Made by a program: the position numbers and the translations under genes. The notes beneath the pieces were generated by a model that was not told the DNA's origin, did not search any database, and saw only the letters and a list, made by a program, of their open reading frames with translations. Positions 58,877-64,000 of a stretch of DNA of 64,000 nt are shown one piece after another. The DNA is from Eledone cirrhosa (taxonomy: Eukaryota), in contig CAXHJY010001363.1 of NCBI GenBank assembly GCA_964016885.1, positions 66,289 through 130,288 on the forward strand, written 5' to 3'. Position 1 is the stretch's first letter. Every line of letters begins with the position of its first letter.

Positions 58877-59386
58877 ATATATATATATGTGTGTGTGTGT
58901 GTCCCAAAAAATGTATTCACACTTCAGCAGCGTTCTAAATATTGCCTAATATATATATATATATATTGTATTGTATGTTTGTATGTATGTATGTGTATGT
59001 GTAACAGGGTGTCCCAAAAATGTATTCACACTTCAACATCATTCTAATAAATATTGCCTGTATATATAAATATATATATATACATATAATATATATATAT
59101 ACATATATATATATACATATATTATATACATATATATAATATATATATATATATACATATATATTGTATGTATTTATGTATGTGTATGTGTATACAATGA
59201 GTCCAAAAAAATGTATTCACACTTCAACGGCATTCTAATAAATATATACATATACATATACATATATACATATATTATAGATATATATATATATATATAT
59301 ACATATATATAGATATATATATACATATATACATATATATATATATACATATATATAGATATATAGATATACATATACATATATAC

Positions 59387-59437
<51 letters not shown>

Positions 59438-59438
59438 C

Positions 59439-59506
<68 letters not shown>

Positions 59507-59592
59507 CATATATATAGATATATATATATACATATATATAGATATATATATATTACATATATACATATATACATATATACATATATATATAT

Positions 59593-59649
<57 letters not shown>

Positions 59650-59652
59650 TAT

Positions 59653-59700
<48 letters not shown>

Positions 59701-59735
59701 TATATACATATATACATATATATATAAATATATAC

Positions 59736-59768
<33 letters not shown>

Positions 59769-59813
59769 CATATATACATATATATATACATATATATATA
59801 CATATATATATAC

Positions 59814-59844
<31 letters not shown>

Positions 59845-59868
59845 CATATATATATATGTATACACATA

Positions 59869-59902
<34 letters not shown>

Positions 59903-59905
59903 CAC

Positions 59906-59936
<31 letters not shown>

Positions 59937-60059
59937 CACATATATATATATATATATATACATATATATAATACATATATACATATATATATATACATAT
60001 ATAACATATATATATATACATATATATATACATATATACATATATACATATATATATAT

Positions 60060-60090
<31 letters not shown>

Positions 60091-60097
60091 TACATAT

Positions 60098-60153
<56 letters not shown>

Positions 60154-60175
60154 TATATACATATATACATATATA

Positions 60176-60259
<84 letters not shown>

Positions 60260-60308
60260 CATATATACATATATATATACATATATACATATATATATAC
60301 ATATATAC

Positions 60309-60341
<33 letters not shown>

Positions 60342-60432
60342 CATATATACATATATATATACATATATATATACATATATATATACATATATATATATAT
60401 ACATATATATAAATACATATATATATATGTAT

Positions 60433-60471
<39 letters not shown>

Positions 60472-60487
60472 TTATATATATATACAC

Positions 60488-60520
<33 letters not shown>

Positions 60521-60669
60521 CACATATATATATATATATAAATATACATATATATATATACATATATACATATATATATATACATATATACATATATATA
60601 TATACATATATATATACATATATACATATATACATATATATAATTATATATATATACATATATATATAT

Positions 60670-60703
<34 letters not shown>

Positions 60704-60763
60704 CATATATATATATACATATATACATATACATAATTATATATATATATACATATATATGCA

Positions 60764-60798
<35 letters not shown>

Positions 60799-60905
60799 TT
60801 ATATACAAATATATATATATATACATATATATATATACACATATATATATATACATATATATAGATATATATATACATATAAATATATACATATATATTA
60901 TATAC

Positions 60906-60960
<55 letters not shown>

Positions 60961-61005
60961 TATTATATATATATATACACATATATATATATATATATAT
61001 ATATA

Positions 61006-61447
61006 AGAATTAAAATACTAGAGTGTGTTGGAGTTAAGCACCCTCTTCATATTATAGAAATGACAGTAAAGATATAGCTCAATGTAATTAAACAGAGCCG
61101 AAGAATTATGAAAATAAACAAAGAAGCCTTCAATACATCAAAAAGTCCTTTATTAGCCAACAATGTTTCGTCCTATTAAGGACTCATCAGGGCAAGTAAA
61201 GCTATAAGAAGCACTATCGCCAATACAAGCCAAAAACTCAGAAGAATATGGAGTATACATACATTAAAGGCATAGGAAAATTATCAAGTAAAAATTGCTA
61301 AGAAGTGAATAACATTTTGAACCCATATTACAAATATAGTACAATGCAAAATTACAGTACGATATATAATATAAATATAATATAATATAATTGATAATGA
61401 TAATAATAATAATATTAAAGGCCCAATATACATATATATATATATAC

Positions 61448-61485
<38 letters not shown>

Positions 61486-61720
61486 ATACACATATCCATC
61501 AATACAAACACAAACTAACACTTATTAAGAGTTTAAATATAAATATAATACATATATTATTTACAGTATAAAATATACTCCATATTCTTCTGAGTCTTTG
61601 GCTTGTATTGGCCGATAGTGCTTCTTATAGCTTTACTTGCCCTGATGAGTCCTTAATAGGATGAAACATTGTTGGCTAATAAAGACTTTTGATGTATTGA
61701 AGGCTTCTTGGTTTATTTTC

Positions 61721-61725
<5 letters not shown>
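61006..61725. mobile_element. Fold-back Penelope-like fragment with a hammerhead in each arm
   Basis: Arms 61105-61257 / 61574-61725; GCC-CUGAUGA-GUCCU-UAAU-AGGA(C/U)-GAAA-CAUU-GUU-GGC at 61156-61193 (-) and 61639-61676 (+). Confidence 0.8.
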
Positions 61726-61818
<93 letters not shown>

Positions 61819-61854
61819 CATATATATATACATATATATATATTACACATATAC

Positions 61855-61886
<32 letters not shown>

Positions 61887-61914
61887 ATACATATACGTAT
61901 ATATATATATATAC

Positions 61915-61961
<47 letters not shown>

Positions 61962-61975
61962 ATATATACATATAC

Positions 61976-62026
<51 letters not shown>

Positions 62027-62030
62027 CATA

Positions 62031-63608
62031 AGAAATTGGAATAAATGCTCTGAAATAGCGATATATATGTGAATATAGACATAGAATATTCGAAATATTC
62101 TGTATGTTTATAATAAACATTTTGAAGACCTAATCGCTATAGAATAGAATACGTCACGTATTACAATTAGATTCTCGATAAAGCAAGGGAAGTAATCTAC
62201 GCGTTTCATTCTTGTTAGAAATCATCAGGACTACATATCCAGTGCTTTTATCGAGAATGACACAGCTAGAGACTTATAGAATACTTAGCTGTGTACAGGA
62301 ACTGGTTTGAAAGAGCGGTTGCCGGTCCGGCAGAAATTAGAAATTGGAATAAATGCTCTGAAATAGCGATATATATGTGAATATAGACATAGAATATTCG
62401 AAAATATTCTGTATGTTTATAATAAACATTTTGAAGACCTAATCGCTATAGAATAGAATACGTCACGTATTACAATTAGATTCTCGATAAAAGCAAGGGA
62501 AGTAATCTACGCGTTTCATTCTTGTTAGAAATCATCAGGACTACATATCCAGTGCTTTTATCGAGAATGACACAGCTAGAGACTTATAGAATACTTAGCT
62601 GTGTACAGGAACTGGTTTGAAAGAGCGGTTGCCGGTCCGGCAGAAATTAGAAATTGGAATAAATGCTCTGAAATAGCGATATATATGTGAATATAGACAT
62701 AGAATATTCGAAAATATTCTGTATGTTTATAATAAACTTTTGAAGACCTAATCGCTATAGAATAGAATACGTCACGTATTACAATTAGATTCTCGATAAA
62801 AGCAAGGGAAGTAATCTACGCGTTTCATTCTTGTTAGAAATCATCATGGGACTACATATCCAGTGCTTTTATCGAGAATGACACAGCTAGAGACTTATAG
62901 AATACTTAGCTGTGTACAGGAACTGGTTTGAAAGAGCGGTTGCCGGTCAGCAGAAAATTAGAAATTGGAATAAATGCTCTGAAATAGCGATATATATGTG
63001 AATATAGACATAGAATATTCGAAAATATTCTGTATGTTTATAATAAAACATTTTGAAGACCTAATCGCTATAGAATAGAATACGTCACGTATTACAATTA
63101 GATTCTCGATAAAAGCAAGGGAAGTAATCTACGCGTTTCATTCTTGTTAGAAATCATCAGGACTACATATCCAGTGCTTTTATCGAGAATGACACAGCTA
63201 GAGGACTTATAGAATACTTAGCTGTGTACAGGAACTGGTTTGAAAGAAAACATACAGAATATTTTCGAATATTCTATGTCTATATTCACATATATATCGC
63301 TATTTCAGAGCATTTATTCCAATTTCTAATTTCTGCCGGACCGGCAACCGCTCTTTCAAACCAGTTCCTGTACACAGCTAAGTATTCTATAAGTCTCTAG
63401 CTGTGTCATTCTCGATAAAAGCACTGTGGATATGTAGTCCTGATGATTTCTAACAAGAATGAAACCGCGTAGATTACTTCCCTTGCTTTTATCGAGAATC
63501 TAATTGTAATACGTGACGTATTCTATTCTATAGCGATTAGGTCTTCAAAATGTTTATTATAAACAAACAGAATATTTTCGAATATTCTATGTCTATATTC
63601 ACATATAT
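62031..63608 (-). mobile_element. Retrozyme-like ~310-bp tandem array: four units plus an inverted ~1.2 unit, one hammerhead per unit
   Basis: Units start at 62031, 62339, 62649 and 62960; inversion from ~63248; hammerheads at 62192-62234, 62502-62544, 62811-62855 (core altered), 63124-63166 on - and 63434-63477 on +. Confidence 0.88.
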
Positions 63609-63818
63609 ACATATATATAATATACATATATATATATCTAAATATATATATATATATTGTTATACTTTGGGAGGGTCATGTTGCCAATAAGAAACACACG
63701 CACCAGTTGTTTCACTTCAATTTATTATATATTTTATATATTTATAATTTACAAATCTACAAATCTATAAATTATCTGGTTGGTGGTTGGTTCCACAACC
63801 AGATAGTTGTTTATATAT

Positions 63819-63863
63819 AGTCATAGTCCTTTCGTCACACACTCTGTGACCTCTTCAGTGACT
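63819..63863 (-). ncRNA. Minimal type I hammerhead motif
   Basis: AGUCA-CUGAAGA-G-GUCACA-GAGUG-UGUGAC-GAAA-GGA-CUA-UGACU. Confidence 0.7.
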
Positions 63864-64000
63864 GGGGATTCCTTTCTTTGTTTCTGTGCCTTTCCTTTCT
63901 TCTGTCCTACGCCATTTTGTTCTGTGTGTGTGTTGTGTGCTCAGTTTGCGCATGCGCCACATCCGGGTGTCTGTGTGTGTTTGTGTTCATTTATCTATTT

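Noticed and set aside
62811-62855. Altered core in unit 3 and extra C in the inverted unit as real regulatory variants
   Set aside because: Scattered 1-2 nt indels among units look like long-read consensus errors; cannot be judged without reads

Overview
AT-rich, repeat-dense animal genomic DNA. The SINE families and huge (TA)n tracts point to an octopod cephalopod (inference). There is one spliced gene on the + strand: four in-phase exons (14871-24646) give the C-terminal part of a single-pass membrane protein. The rest is transposon debris (Buster-type hAT, mariner MITEs, a Helitron-like element, L1/Tx1 and RTE LINE ends, about 35-40 SINE copies and fragments), a 55-bp satellite and microsatellites. 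Almost all long ORFs in the track are microsatellite artefacts. The main unexplained signal is a set of type I hammerhead ribozyme motifs (CUGANGA...GAAA...UH) from roughly ten unrelated short families, nearly all sitting as islands in (TA)n, many as fold-back inverted duplications. The clearest case is a ~310-bp tandem array with one minimal hammerhead per unit (62031-63608), which looks like a non-LTR retrozyme / Penelope-dependent circular RNA locus. All folds were done by eye and repeat boundaries are approximate.
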